Shown: positions 24,505 through 34,603, numbered from the stretch's first letter. The stretch: 39,034 nt of DNA from a virus (IMGVR_UViG_3300032212_000065:1-39034), one strand, 5' to 3'. Program-made: numbers and translations. The notes: generated by a model not told the origin, from the letters alone.

Positions 24505-26927
24505 TAGACCACCCAGGACATAGAGGTCGAAGTTAAGCCACACGTCGCGGTGACGGTGAAATTAACCGACCCAGGGATTTCTCTGAAAACGGTGATCGTT
24601 CCCGCCGTATTAACCTCGATCATGCCGGGGGTCGTCAGGGCCGCGCCACCATTCACAATAGGGGTTAAGAATTGAACCGTGGCAAGGGGTCGAAATGTCG
24701 TCGGTAAAGTCACCCCATAGACAAAACTCGCCACGGCCACGCCGGCACTTTGGGTGTCAGGGAGAGTTAACGTCACGATCCGACCGGCTTTAGTCACCTT
24801 CCACGAAACTGAGGCGGTCACGGCTCCGGTACACGCGGTTGAAGCCGAAGTGTACTCATCATACTCCATCGTCGCCAAGGGAGAAAAGACCGCCCCCGTT
24901 CCCGCGACGCCGGCGGTGGTACAGACCCAGCCAATAGGGGTAATGGTGGTCGCGGCCTCATTCCAAAACTTATCCCCGACCGCAAAACTCCCCCCGCCTG
25001 TGGTCCAGGTTCCGGCGGGAATCGCGCCAGTGACGATATCAGTACTAACGCCGCAATAATGGGGGGCGTCCTTGGCGCCATAAGTATTGAAGGCGACATC
25101 CCATCTAGTCCCTAGTACGCCCGTCGTTATGTTATTAAATTGGTTATCCTGCATGTAAACTGGTGTGTTTGCTTCAGTCGTACCGGTCGCATTCACGCCG
25201 TAAGCCGCACTCTCAAACGTGTTATTTTTAACCCATATAGGTAGTCCTTGATTCGAGGCGGACCCAACTAAGACACAGCTTGAATTAGTGTCAATGTTAT
25301 TGCCTTCGACCACCGCATAGCCGCCCGTCGTGGGGGTGGCTTCTAAATACACTCCGGCATTAACACCCACTATATTAACGGTGTTGTTTCTCACCACCAC
25401 CGCATCGGTGCCGGTTTGAATGCCGAGTGATGAGGCGAAGCCGGTGAAATTTCCGATAATGGTGTTTCCCTCAATGGTGACATCGGTACAATTGGTCGCC
25501 GTGCGTAATGCGACACCAGTGGCCGTTGCCGTTACACCGGTGTTATCCAGAAGATTATTAGACACAATCCCTCTGACCGGGGCCGTACCGCCCGCGTCCC
25601 AGACGTAAATACCCGGCCCGTTGTTCTGGCCAATAATAGTATTTCCATCCACCAGATAATTAGTTGCCCCAGACGTCACCCCGATAATCGAAGTGATGGA
25701 GCCGACTCCGCCAGAGTAATCAATAATGTTGTTCGTGACCTGACACCCATCACCGCCATCTAAACCAAGCGAGGTATCTCGGGTGCCCGTGGCGTTTCCA
25801 ATATGAATACAACCATCACAGATATTAAAGTCACCACCTTGGGTGACCCAAGCCGCCGGGACGCTAATAAAAGTACAGCTTTCGGTTCGAGAATAATTAT
25901 TGAAACGCCAATTAATCCCCGCCGAGACTAAACCTGTGCCGTAATAGAATATGTTCTTAAAGGTGCAGTCCCGGATATCATTGTAATCGCCTGCTACGTC
26001 TGTCCACACACAAACCACCCCAATTGTATTGAGGTTATTTGCATCAAAGGTAACCCCGTCCAACTTAACATTGGCCCCTTGAACATGGAACATAACACCG
26101 TTAGTTATCCCAGCTACGAGAACACCCGTAAACCCAGCAATAATAAACACCGTCGCATCGCCTTTGAAGGTGATAGAGACATCCGCGGGAATCGTAATCG
26201 CCGTGGTGATGCCGTAAGTCCCCCCATTCTGGACAATGGACTGTTTATGACTGGCCGCATTATCAACCGCCGCCTGTAAAGCAACACTGTCATCTGCTAC
26301 CCCATCGCCGACCGCCCCGAACCACCTAAAATCAATCTCCCTTAAGTCGTGACGAACCCAGGCTCCGGTAGCCCCGGTAGTATCTGAGTTAGGCGGAACA
26401 TAGATCCCATTCTGTAGATCAGCGGCGACCTCGGTTGATAGGTCAGATGAATCCCATCGAAACACACCCCCGCCGCCGTCTGAGGCGGAGCTGTAACCCA
26501 ATAGGTTGATGAGCATGCCACTACTGGCCGGGGCCACCACCGCTTTTAAGGCGATAATGGAGGCGACGGCATTAATTAAGACATCCCCACTCAGCACAAC
26601 CCGCCCTGTCGCGGTAATAGCCACAGTCGTCAGACTGTCCGAAATGATATCTTCCTCTCCGACCCCGTAATCATCCAGGGTCCATTGTAAAACCCCGTTG
26701 GCATCTTCGAGCCTTAAGTCATAACTGCCATCCCACCAAATCACGGCCTCGCCGTTTCCATCTAACACAATGGGGTTAGTATGAGGCGTAGTCCCGGCTT
26801 GTTCTTGATAAGTGGTTTTATTGTTTGTCGTTCCAGGCGTATAGGTATACAGCAGCCCGCCAGAGGCCCTGGTCCCGTCTGTCAGTAATACCTGAAACCG
26901 TGGATAGGTTCGTAATCTTATGCCCAT
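24504..26927 (-). CDS. Tailspike with right-handed beta-helix (pectate-lyase-like) depolymerase domain
   Basis: N-terminal virion-binding domain (LLYTY.PGTT..TYQ...NPIVLDGNG); WFGAVGDGVADDS; repeated N-x-I beta-helix rungs. Confidence 0.88.
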   Translation of the reverse strand: MGIRLRTYPRFQVLLTDGTRASGGLLYTYTPGTTNNKTTYQEQAGTTPHTNPIVLDGNGEAVIWWDGSYDLRLEDANGVLQWTLDDYGVGEEDIISDSLTTVAITATGRVVLSGDVLINAVASIIALKAVVAPASSGMLINLLGYSSASDGGGGVFRWDSSDLSTEVAADLQNGIYVPPNSDTTGATGAWVRHDLREIDFRWFGAVGDGVADDSVALQAAVDNAASHKQSIVQNGGTYGITTAITIPADVSITFKGDATVFIIAGFTGVLVAGITNGVMFHVQGANVKLDGVTFDANNLNTIGVVCVWTDVAGDYNDIRDCTFKNIFYYGTGLVSAGINWRFNNYSRTESCTFISVPAAWVTQGGDFNICDGCIHIGNATGTRDTSLGLDGGDGCQVTNNIIDYSGGVGSITSIIGVTSGATNYLVDGNTIIGQNNGPGIYVWDAGGTAPVRGIVSNNLLDNTGVTATATGVALRTATNCTDVTIEGNTIIGNFTGFASSLGIQTGTDAVVVRNNTVNIVGVNAGVYLEATPTTGGYAVVEGNNIDTNSSCVLVGSASNQGLPIWVKNNTFESAAYGVNATGTTEANTPVYMQDNQFNNITTGVLGTRWDVAFNTYGAKDAPHYCGVSTDIVTGAIPAGTWTTGGGSFAVGDKFWNEAATTITPIGWVCTTAGVAGTGAVFSPLATMEYDEYTSASTACTGAVTASVSWKVTKAGRIVTLTLPDTQSAGVAVASFVYGVTLPTTFRPLATVQFLTPIVNGGAALTTPGMIEVNTAGTITVFREIPGSVNFTVTATCGLTSTSMSWVV

Positions 26928-27334
26928 TAGCTGTCCGTTAGAATGTTGTTATCGTAATAATTTGAGCCCCACGGCATGTGGTCCATATCCGCGCCTTCCA
27001 GCTTGTTATTAATACAGATGCGAGCGATGGCGTTTCGACCGTCCGCCGCTTTATCGATCAATTCTAGTGTCACCGGGATGCGAAATAACGAGGCCAGCTT
27101 AATAGATAGATTGGCTTGAACCCCTTCCTCAGCCCATATCGGGATAGGAACCGTATCGCCTAGTTGATCTTGCGGAAAATAGCCGACCTCTTTATCGGAT
27201 AAGGACCAAGCCGCCATCATTCGGTTCATCACCGCAAGAGAATCTTGCAGGTCGCTGTTTTGGGCAATTTCCCCATCTGCAACGACACCAATCTCTTTTA
27301 GGGCATCGACCAAAAAAGCCGTATTAGTCGGCAT
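26927..27334 (-). CDS. Head-to-tail adaptor, P22 gp4-like
   Basis: ALKEIGV...GE....DLQDSL..MNRMMAAW...NL.IKLA pattern. Confidence 0.85.
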   Translation of the reverse strand: MPTNTAFLVDALKEIGVVADGEIAQNSDLQDSLAVMNRMMAAWSLSDKEVGYFPQDQLGDTVPIPIWAEEGVQANLSIKLASLFRIPVTLELIDKAADGRNAIARICINNKLEGADMDHMPWGSNYYDNNILTDS

Positions 27335-27482
27335 CTTTCTTGGCCTTTTTGTTCTTAGCCTCTAATTCTTTGGCCATATCGACCTTTTTGAAGCCGAGCT
27401 TCTCATGATCCCTCGCTTCTTTTTCCGTATAAGCAATGTGATAGCCGTGCTCAGGGCTTTTTAGATAAATTGGTTCAGACAT
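27324..27482 (-). CDS. Small hypothetical protein (52 aa, MSEPIYLKSPEHG...)
   Basis: GAGG RBS; read by hand; overlaps the gp4-like start. Confidence 0.65.
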   Translation of the reverse strand: MSEPIYLKSPEHGYHIAYTEKEARDHEKLGFKKVDMAKELEAKNKKAKKDAD

Positions 27483-27496
27483 GTCTTTTCCTCATT

Positions 27497-27518
27497 AAAG
27501 AAAGCCCCCGAAGGGGCT
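27497..27518 (-). terminator. Intrinsic terminator after the coat/decoration genes
   Basis: AGCCCC-TTCG-GGGGCT-TTCTTT. Confidence 0.85.
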
Positions 27519-27523
27519 AACGG

Positions 27524-27991
27524 TTAAGTGGTAGCTGGTGTCGCCAATACGCCAGAACCGGCACAAAGACCCGTCACCATCCATTGGGTCGTGCTCACGC
27601 CGACAAAACGGTAGTTGGTCCCGATTAATCCGCCGGTCGTTGAACCGTTGTGCGTCAGGGTCAAATGAGTTGTGCCGTTTAAAAACTGGCCTTCACTCAC
27701 ACCCGTGGTATCAATCATCATCTGGATCCCGCCCATTAGGAATTCACCCGCTGAGCCTCCAATGATGTGACTGTTTGAGGTCACGGACACACTGACGGCA
27801 AAGTCAAAGGTCATGCCCACAATAGGCGTGGGAAGCGTCACAATACTGCCGGCGGCGGTATCCAGAAGCACTAAGGCCCCGGACTGCCCCGCTACTAAAG
27901 TCGTGGCCGCGCCACACGCGATAACCTCTTGAGTGATGCCTTTTGCGAGACACCCATCAGGAGAGCCATAGTCTAATCGTTCTATTGTCAT
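27524..27991 (-). CDS. Probable capsid decoration/cement protein
   Basis: AAGGAG RBS before MTIERLDYGSPDG; beta-rich; between the coat gene and the terminator. Confidence 0.65.
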   Translation of the reverse strand: MTIERLDYGSPDGCLAKGITQEVIACGAATTLVAGQSGALVLLDTAAGSIVTLPTPIVGMTFDFAVSVSVTSNSHIIGGSAGEFLMGGIQMMIDTTGVSEGQFLNGTTHLTLTHNGSTTGGLIGTNYRFVGVSTTQWMVTGLCAGSGVLATPATT

Positions 27992-28002
27992 TTTAAATCT
28001 CC

Positions 28003-29217
28003 TTATGAAGTGATCCGTGAAGCCCACGCCGGACGCAAAGCCGCCATGCCGTATAGGATATCGATCCTCATTAACAGCTCGTCATTGCGAATATCCGATC
28101 CCATCCAGCAGCGTAAACTTAACCCTTCCGACACACTGGATTTGCACTTGTGGGCGTCGTCCATAATCGGCAAATCCGCCGTGACAAACTGGAAGGCTTC
28201 TTTGTGGTACATCAAATTTTGCGTGTAGGCCGTTGACGCCGAACCCACGAACGTAATCACCGCATTGTTAGCCGGCATCGCGTCCACGTTCTGCTTGGCA
28301 CCAGTCGAACGAATTGCAGGCGAGAATGACATCGTAGTCGTAGAAGGCGTCGTACTGTCCGTAACCACAAATTGCTGCAAATGAGAATAGGCCTGTTTGG
28401 TCTCAGGATGAACCGCATACACATCCGCAATCGTAAAGACCGATCCCACGGTTGGCGCAGCCGTCATGGCATCCATAGTAACGGTCGTCATGGCTTGAGC
28501 AAATGAGGTCTGATTCACCGCACCGGCCACATCTGCACCGTTGGTATGCGAGTACATGCGTTCATTCTCATACCAGTCCGCCATACCCGTCCGGCCAATC
28601 ATGCCCTCGCGATACTGCTCTTTGATCTGGGAAGAGTCTTGGAATAAACCTTTTAACCCATTTACCAAACCGCCCATCGTCACCGAGTCCATCTGGACGC
28701 AACGTTGACCGTCTTTAGGTGCGAGGTTCTGGTTTAGCTTGGCTCGTGCTGCACCAGTGGCCACTAAGTCAACCGGAGGGGTGCCTGCGGTACCGGCGAG
28801 ATTGTAGGTCCGCTTGGTGCAGTAAGACAGGTAATCCCCTTCAATGCCTGAGCACAGGACGGAGATAGCCGGTTCGATGTAGTTTTTACTTAAGGCATCA
28901 AACGCGCCATCGGAGTTAACCGATTGGATCAGCTCTTGCGAGTTAAACCGCATATCCACACCGTCTTGAGTGGCTACGGTGATGTTTTGAGTGGATTCAT
29001 CCTGATCTTGAACGTCCATGACACGCGAGCCTTGGCGGCGGGTGTACTGGTTGGGTTCGCGAATACGTAAGGTCTGGCCATTCGGGCCTCGACTCGCGTC
29101 ATAAGTGAAGGATGAATCGTATTGTAGGTCGGTGGTCCCAATAAACGACAGCTTTTCATGTGCGATTCGCTGTGCTTCTTTGAGCACCCGATCTGTGACC
29201 TTCAAGGTATTAGACAT
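28003..29217 (-). CDS. Major capsid protein, P22 coat family
   Basis: MSNTL, GQTLRIREP, AVHPETKQ, NLMYHKEAF...DL, RIDILYG...LRP.WA motifs. Confidence 0.93.
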   Translation of the reverse strand: MSNTLKVTDRVLKEAQRIAHEKLSFIGTTDLQYDSSFTYDASRGPNGQTLRIREPNQYTRRQGSRVMDVQDQDESTQNITVATQDGVDMRFNSQELIQSVNSDGAFDALSKNYIEPAISVLCSGIEGDYLSYCTKRTYNLAGTAGTPPVDLVATGAARAKLNQNLAPKDGQRCVQMDSVTMGGLVNGLKGLFQDSSQIKEQYREGMIGRTGMADWYENERMYSHTNGADVAGAVNQTSFAQAMTTVTMDAMTAAPTVGSVFTIADVYAVHPETKQAYSHLQQFVVTDSTTPSTTTMSFSPAIRSTGAKQNVDAMPANNAVITFVGSASTAYTQNLMYHKEAFQFVTADLPIMDDAHKCKSSVSEGLSLRCWMGSDIRNDELLMRIDILYGMAALRPAWASRITS

Positions 29218-30042
29218 TTATCGTCTCCTTTGTGCAATCACCTTGCGACGATGCGCGTTAAATTCAGCTTGCGTCATATCGTCGGGGTTTTTATTAATCA
29301 CCGGGTCAAGCCCTTTGATCTGACTTGGCGGCGGTGGCGCTTTGGTGACGGTTGCGGGTTTTTGACTGGTTAGCCTGGCCTCGATCTTACCGATTTCCAT
29401 CGCGGCCTCTGCGACGGGCAAACGAGAGATACTATCGGCGATGTCCAGGTTCTTACCTAAGTAGTAAAGGATGGCAGGGCCATGTTCAGATCCAATCAGG
29501 GCGTTGTACATGTCTTGATTCACAATCACCGAATCACTACGAGCGACATCCCAATAATCATCTAACGTCCCGGCATATTCCTGTTCTCTCTTCAGATAGG
29601 CTTGTTGACGAGCTTGCTGTTCACGCTGTGAGTTATCTTGCTCTATTTCGCGTCGAGCCGCCTCGGTTGCGGCTTTCTCGGCCCGTTTAGTGGCTTGATC
29701 AAACAAATGAGTGCGAAAAGCATCTTCGTCATAGTCAAAATCAGCAAGGGTTTTATCGGGCTCGACTTCATCCGGCTTTTGGGCCTGTTGTCGCCAATAC
29801 TCGGCTTCCTGGGTTGCTTTTTGAGCAATCCGTTCCGCTTCTCGCTGCTTCCACGCTAGCTCACCGATTCGCCGTGACTCCTCCGATTTAACCGTTTGTT
29901 CGGTTTCTTCGGCTGGCGAATCTTCGATTTCAGGGGATGATGCCTCAAGTTCGTCACTTGCTGCCGGTTCTGGCGCCTCCGCGCTTTCCTCAACAGATAC
30001 ATCTAAATCGCCCTCTGGGGCGAGATCGTTTTCTTCACTCAT
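29218..30042 (-). CDS. Scaffolding protein
   Basis: Acidic N-terminus, RRIGEL coiled coil, GPAILYYLGKN, EIGKIEARL, basic C-terminus; between portal and coat. Confidence 0.85.
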   Translation of the reverse strand: MSEENDLAPEGDLDVSVEESAEAPEPAASDELEASSPEIEDSPAEETEQTVKSEESRRIGELAWKQREAERIAQKATQEAEYWRQQAQKPDEVEPDKTLADFDYDEDAFRTHLFDQATKRAEKAATEAARREIEQDNSQREQQARQQAYLKREQEYAGTLDDYWDVARSDSVIVNQDMYNALIGSEHGPAILYYLGKNLDIADSISRLPVAEAAMEIGKIEARLTSQKPATVTKAPPPPSQIKGLDPVINKNPDDMTQAEFNAHRRKVIAQRRR

Positions 30043-30103
30043 GGGGATTACTCCGTAGTCTGACGACATCCAGTTTTAAACCATTCTGGTGTTGGTATCC
30101 GGT

Positions 30104-32350
30104 TTAACCCTCCGGTTGGGCCTCGTACACGGGAACCGCGACTAATTTGCCGTTCACGCGTTTGGATTCGACTTTCACAATCTTAGGCTTAGTCTCTTTT
30201 TGAGACTGAATGTGTTCTATGACCTGTAAGGCTTCCTGGCTGAACTGCTCGGCCATTTGTTCAATGACGTTTACCGCTTGGTCTGTTTGCTGGGCAACCA
30301 TGCTTTCGACTTCTTGGTCATCGGCTTTGGCTCGTTCCATTTCGTTGACCAGCCCTTCGACCCCCGCCTCTTTAACGACCAATCCGGCCTCTTTCATGGC
30401 GAGATTAGCGGTTTCTTTGGCTATTTTGGCCTCGAATCGGGACTGTTTGACCTCTAGGTCAGCGATAGCTTTCACCACGTCCGTTTTTTGTTGCTCGGTT
30501 TGCTGTTGTTCGTCCTGGACCTCTTGGGCCGCCATCTGAACCTGTTGCATCTGTTGTTCGACCATTTGCATCGCTTGTTGAGCCTGCTGCATCGCGGCCA
30601 TGACTTCCGGTGACATGTTTTGATTGTCTTCATTAATGACTTGTTGGATTTCAGGTGGAAGCATCGCTTTTAATCGCTCGGCAATGTCCTCTGAATAAGG
30701 CAGATCCATTGATTTGAAAATTAAATCCCCTGCGACTCCGAAGATGGCCGGATTGGCTTGGGAGAGCTGCATATAGACTTCAGAGGCCTCTTGGCGTTGA
30801 GAGGTAAACGAAGGGCCTACCGTAATATTAACGTCGTAACGGCCCATAGACAGGTCGTGGATCTTGATACGTTCGCCTGTTTCAGGGTCTTGAGTGAAGG
30901 TGTTAATCGTGACGTAGTCTTCGGCCCCATCTGACCCTAATACTCTTAGCTCTCGCTCGGTGTCATAGATCTGTGGAATTAAATCAATCAATATCTCCCA
31001 GGTCCGACGGATCCCTTTGGCCATATTATCTTGATAGTTAAAGGTGGCAATCTGTCCCTGGGCCCGGCGTTCTCGTTCCTGCACACCGGATTTAGCCTGA
31101 TCACCCGCGCCCAAGTCCGGGCTGAATATCCCCGTGACCGCTTTGATTTCTTCTGAGGCGATCTGGGATTCTTGAATCAGGGCAACCGGCACATCGGCGC
31201 CACCGTTACGTTGAGGGACGCCGGGAGCAACAGGATCGGGATTATAAAGCTGGAAAGGGAAGTTCTTTCTGTGGGCTTCAGCCCAACTGCCCGTATGGCC
31301 CTCTGCCTGCTTTGGTGTAGCCCAAAACTTCGCCTGGGGGGCCATCGCAATGGCCTCAGAAATGGCCGTCCGAGACACGTTGTAAGAGCGTTGTGCGTCT
31401 TTGGCGAAACGAGTCACCCCAAACCAAAAGACCTCACCCTCCACCACGATGTATTCACCGTAAGGCGAGACAAACGGTAACATAGACCCAGCCCATTCGG
31501 TTGGGCCTTCAAGAATGGCGTCACCTGATGCAATGCATTGCATGATCTTATGAGTATCCACTACTCGGGTATTCTTGATGGCATTGGGGTCGATTAAAGC
31601 GGCCTCATCACTAGCTGCGTCAATGACCTTGCCATCTTGTAACTGCCAGAGTTCTTTTTTGTGCGGCACCTTCTCCCAATACTCGGCGATTCGGACCGTT
31701 TCTTCATCTTCCCAATCATTATCCGACCGAGTATCAACGTGGTCATTGTCTTGGAAGTCCACCGGCTTGGCATCTGGCCAGCGTGTCTTATAAGCTTCTT
31801 TGGAGATGCGTTCGGTATAGATACAATCCATCGCGTCCCGTTTTTGTTGATCGCGTGCCGCCGGGTCCCACCATAAACAGTAAGGATTATGTAAGGCCTC
31901 TACTTTGATATCTTGTTCAAAGGCCGAATCCGAGGCGTAATCCGTTAAGATTCGCCATCCCCCCATCCCCCCACCGACTTGGTACTCAGCGGCATAATCA
32001 ATCACCGAGTCTCCGTCTGAGGTATTCCAGATATTGCGAATCAGCCCTTCATAGACTTCGGCGGTCTTCTTATCTCCGCCTTCGACACCCCGAACCTTAC
32101 CCATTGGACGATTAGCCCGCATGTCGTTGATGATGCGTTTACACGTGACCCGGGTCTTATTGAACTCGTAGCAAGGTCTGTCTCCTCGCTCCTGTTTCAT
32201 ATTGTCGTCCCATTGCTCACCGGGAACCGTAATGAAGCGCATGTCTTCCATAGCCAGCAGACGATTCTCTCGATCCGCGTCCACCATTAGCTCATATCGG
32301 TCATGGATTCGTTGCAGTTGTTGTTTTTTAGTTCTTTTCTTAACCGCCAT
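30104..32350 (-). CDS. Portal protein, P22-like
   Basis: GEQW...RPC.EFN, KDAQRSYN, GRYDVNITVGPSF.SQRQE motifs; C-terminal coiled-coil barrel. Confidence 0.93.
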   Translation of the reverse strand: MAVKKRTKKQQLQRIHDRYELMVDADRENRLLAMEDMRFITVPGEQWDDNMKQERGDRPCYEFNKTRVTCKRIINDMRANRPMGKVRGVEGGDKKTAEVYEGLIRNIWNTSDGDSVIDYAAEYQVGGGMGGWRILTDYASDSAFEQDIKVEALHNPYCLWWDPAARDQQKRDAMDCIYTERISKEAYKTRWPDAKPVDFQDNDHVDTRSDNDWEDEETVRIAEYWEKVPHKKELWQLQDGKVIDAASDEAALIDPNAIKNTRVVDTHKIMQCIASGDAILEGPTEWAGSMLPFVSPYGEYIVVEGEVFWFGVTRFAKDAQRSYNVSRTAISEAIAMAPQAKFWATPKQAEGHTGSWAEAHRKNFPFQLYNPDPVAPGVPQRNGGADVPVALIQESQIASEEIKAVTGIFSPDLGAGDQAKSGVQERERRAQGQIATFNYQDNMAKGIRRTWEILIDLIPQIYDTERELRVLGSDGAEDYVTINTFTQDPETGERIKIHDLSMGRYDVNITVGPSFTSQRQEASEVYMQLSQANPAIFGVAGDLIFKSMDLPYSEDIAERLKAMLPPEIQQVINEDNQNMSPEVMAAMQQAQQAMQMVEQQMQQVQMAAQEVQDEQQQTEQQKTDVVKAIADLEVKQSRFEAKIAKETANLAMKEAGLVVKEAGVEGLVNEMERAKADDQEVESMVAQQTDQAVNVIEQMAEQFSQEALQVIEHIQSQKETKPKIVKVESKRVNGKLVAVPVYEAQPEG

Positions 32351-33605
32351 AATGGCCTCTAAACGCCTCGTAGGGATCGGTAATGATCGTGTCTTCGTTG
32401 CTTAATTGATCAGCCACAATGGATAAATACCTAAACCCGTCGGCTCCGTGTGACTCATCATCATGTAAGGGAGTGGAAGCTTGGCCTTCGTTATTGACTC
32501 GTCTTCGGTATCGGCCCAGCCTATTCAATAATTCAGAGGCATTCTCACGATCAATAATCACACGTCCAAACACTTCTCTTGCCTTCCTGATTCCCTGCTC
32601 TAGCCCAATGTCCTCAACAATCTCGACTTCCCAGCCTAACGCTTCGAATTGTTCCTGAGCGCTTGAGCCGGTCACATGCTTAGCTTTGCCGTCATGGGGT
32701 AGATAGAGCTTGCCATAATTCAGGTTTAGATCTTTGAGTTCCTGGTGATAGCTAGGGATGTAGCGTTGTCGATCTTCGATGTAGCGAATCACTCTAATCT
32801 CTGACCCCAGCCTTTGAACTAGGATTAAGGACATAAAGTCGTTAAAGCCTAAGTCCGTAATGACATGGACTTTGAGCATGGGATCATAGGGCACATTAGT
32901 TAAACGATTCGTTGATCTAAGCTTAGAGACCTCGTTGTAATATATCGCGCCCTCAATCGCAGGCCGACATTCTCCCAGATAAATATGTTCATAATCATCC
33001 GGGTTTTGTTCTTTCATTCGCTCCCGTTCAGCATCCAAGACCTTGGACCGCCAAGGGTTATCATCGAAGTTAATCTTGACAACTTTCGCTTCAGGGGGTG
33101 GATTCACCACAAACCGTTGATACGTATCGTCTGTGTCCATGTTGGGGTTGAATGAAGCCCATATCTCAGAATCAACGGCTCGAATCGTGGGAATTAAGAT
33201 GTCCCAGGAGCGTTTAGAAACACTCTGAGCCTCTTCTACCCAGGCCACATTTAACCCTTCAAAAGATTTAATCGAGTCTCTGGTTAAGGTGGAAAGACCT
33301 GAAAAGACAATCTCGGTCCCGTTGGTGCCTCGGATTTCATTTTGCAATACAGTATAAACACCGCTTAGGCCCATTTCTTCTATCTGGTCGCTTAATAACT
33401 TATGGACCGAATCTCTTATGGATTTCTGGACCTCACGGAAACAACCAATTCTTAATGGTTTCTCAGCTCCAAGTAATAACAAGGCTCTGGCGAATGACCA
33501 GGACTTAGCGCCGTCTCGACCACCATAGGCAATCTTGTAGCGGTGGGGGTGGAACAGAAAGCCGAGTGTTTCAGGGAATTCCCACTTAATCTTTAGGTTT
33601 GACAA
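32340..33605 (-). CDS. terL: Terminase large subunit (PBSX-like)
   Basis: YGGRDGAKS Walker A, CFREVQKSI, WVEEA Walker B, SFNP, DLGFND and SHGADGFRY nuclease motifs. Confidence 0.95.
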   Translation of the reverse strand: MSNLKIKWEFPETLGFLFHPHRYKIAYGGRDGAKSWSFARALLLLGAEKPLRIGCFREVQKSIRDSVHKLLSDQIEEMGLSGVYTVLQNEIRGTNGTEIVFSGLSTLTRDSIKSFEGLNVAWVEEAQSVSKRSWDILIPTIRAVDSEIWASFNPNMDTDDTYQRFVVNPPPEAKVVKINFDDNPWRSKVLDAERERMKEQNPDDYEHIYLGECRPAIEGAIYYNEVSKLRSTNRLTNVPYDPMLKVHVITDLGFNDFMSLILVQRLGSEIRVIRYIEDRQRYIPSYHQELKDLNLNYGKLYLPHDGKAKHVTGSSAQEQFEALGWEVEIVEDIGLEQGIRKAREVFGRVIIDRENASELLNRLGRYRRRVNNEGQASTPLHDDESHGADGFRYLSIVADQLSNEDTIITDPYEAFRGHYGG

Positions 33606-33873
33606 GGGTTATCTCGCCAACAACCTTGATATCAGGGTCGTCTTCATCGCCGCCGATAAGCGCTTGAGCTGGCTTGCCGTCAATTCTATCCCCCAATTCT
33701 TTAATGGCCCAGGCATCGCCATTCTCAGCCGCCGCCAATAGCTTCTCGGCTAATTCGTCTAAGGCTTTGATTCCATCAGACTTTGAGCGTTTCTTTAGGG
33801 CGTTATCAATGGCTGTTGCCCAGCGTTTGGCTTTGACTGCGTTTTGATTTCCTAAAGGGGCTCCGCCTGGCAT
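33586..33873 (-). CDS. terS: Terminase small subunit (probable)
   Basis: GAPLGNQNA...GDAWAIKELGDRIDGKPAQ; directly upstream of terL. Confidence 0.75.
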   Translation of the reverse strand: MPGGAPLGNQNAVKAKRWATAIDNALKKRSKSDGIKALDELAEKLLAAAENGDAWAIKELGDRIDGKPAQALIGGDEDDPDIKVVGEITLVKPKD

Positions 33874-33912
33874 GATTGACTCAACTTTAACTATTTGATT
33901 GCATTATGCAAT

Positions 33913-33928
33913 TGTTTCACGTGGAACA
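33913..33928. promoter_or_regulatory. parS-type palindrome, site 2
   Basis: TGTTTCACGTGGAACA, full match to the chromosomal parS consensus; intergenic, 40 bp upstream of terS. Confidence 0.75.
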
Positions 33929-33988
33929 TTAATACTTAGGGCGTTTGCCCTTTCCTTTGCCTTTCTTGCTTTTGCTTTTATAGGGCAT
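33929..33988 (-). CDS. Basic micropeptide MPYKSKSKKGKGKGKRPKY
   Basis: GGAGG RBS 6 nt before ATG; overlaps the upstream stop; 19 aa. Confidence 0.45.
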   Translation of the reverse strand: MPYKSKSKKGKGKGKRPKY

Positions 33989-34262
33989 GACTAGCCTCCA
34001 CTATTTCAAACTTTACTGATGGATCACGTCCAGCTTCAGGAATTATGGCGGGAGCCGAATCCTTTACAGTAAGCCCATCATTAACGATCTCAGCAGTAAT
34101 CATCCTCCTGGCTATCTCCCTATTTTCCTGATTGTCTTTGTCTAGAAAGCCCACCGTATACTGTTTATCGCCAACCATAACATCATAGCGGCAAACCTCA
34201 CCTATATATCCTGTTCTTGTTTCAGGTATATGTATATATCCTTTCATGCATCTCATCTCCAT
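33978..34262 (-). CDS. Hypothetical protein
   Basis: 94-aa ORF in late operon. Confidence 0.65.
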   Translation of the reverse strand: MEMRCMKGYIHIPETRTGYIGEVCRYDVMVGDKQYTVGFLDKDNQENREIARRMITAEIVNDGLTVKDSAPAIIPEAGRDPSVKFEIVEASHAL

Positions 34263-34263
34263 G

Positions 34264-34596
34264 TTAAAACCCTCTTATGTCTTGTACCTTGTAAGTGACC
34301 GTGCCTCTTACCTGGGTAGTGGTATCTGGATCAGCCGAGACCGTGATTTGTTTCTTTTCAGTCCGATTCGAGTCGTCCTGTATCGCGTTTTCAGTGGGCG
34401 TAATGGATATAGCAATACTAGCCGCTGGGGTGAGGGTTGTCCAATCGGTGAGCACTTTCCCCGTTGTTAAACAATCCACTCGATAGCTTGCCGTGGTGGG
34501 GGCTAAGGCCGTGTCATTGTCTCTGAAGTAAGCCGTCGCGGTAAAGGCGGAGCCTTCTTTGAAAGCAAGTTGTGGGGTATTGATAAAGACTTCCAT
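34264..34596 (-). CDS. Small beta-rich virion accessory protein
   Basis: Thr-rich Ig-like pattern; late operon. Confidence 0.6.
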   Translation of the reverse strand: MEVFINTPQLAFKEGSAFTATAYFRDNDTALAPTTASYRVDCLTTGKVLTDWTTLTPAASIAISITPTENAIQDDSNRTEKKQITVSADPDTTTQVRGTVTYKVQDIRGF

Positions 34597-34603
34597 AATG
34601 GGC

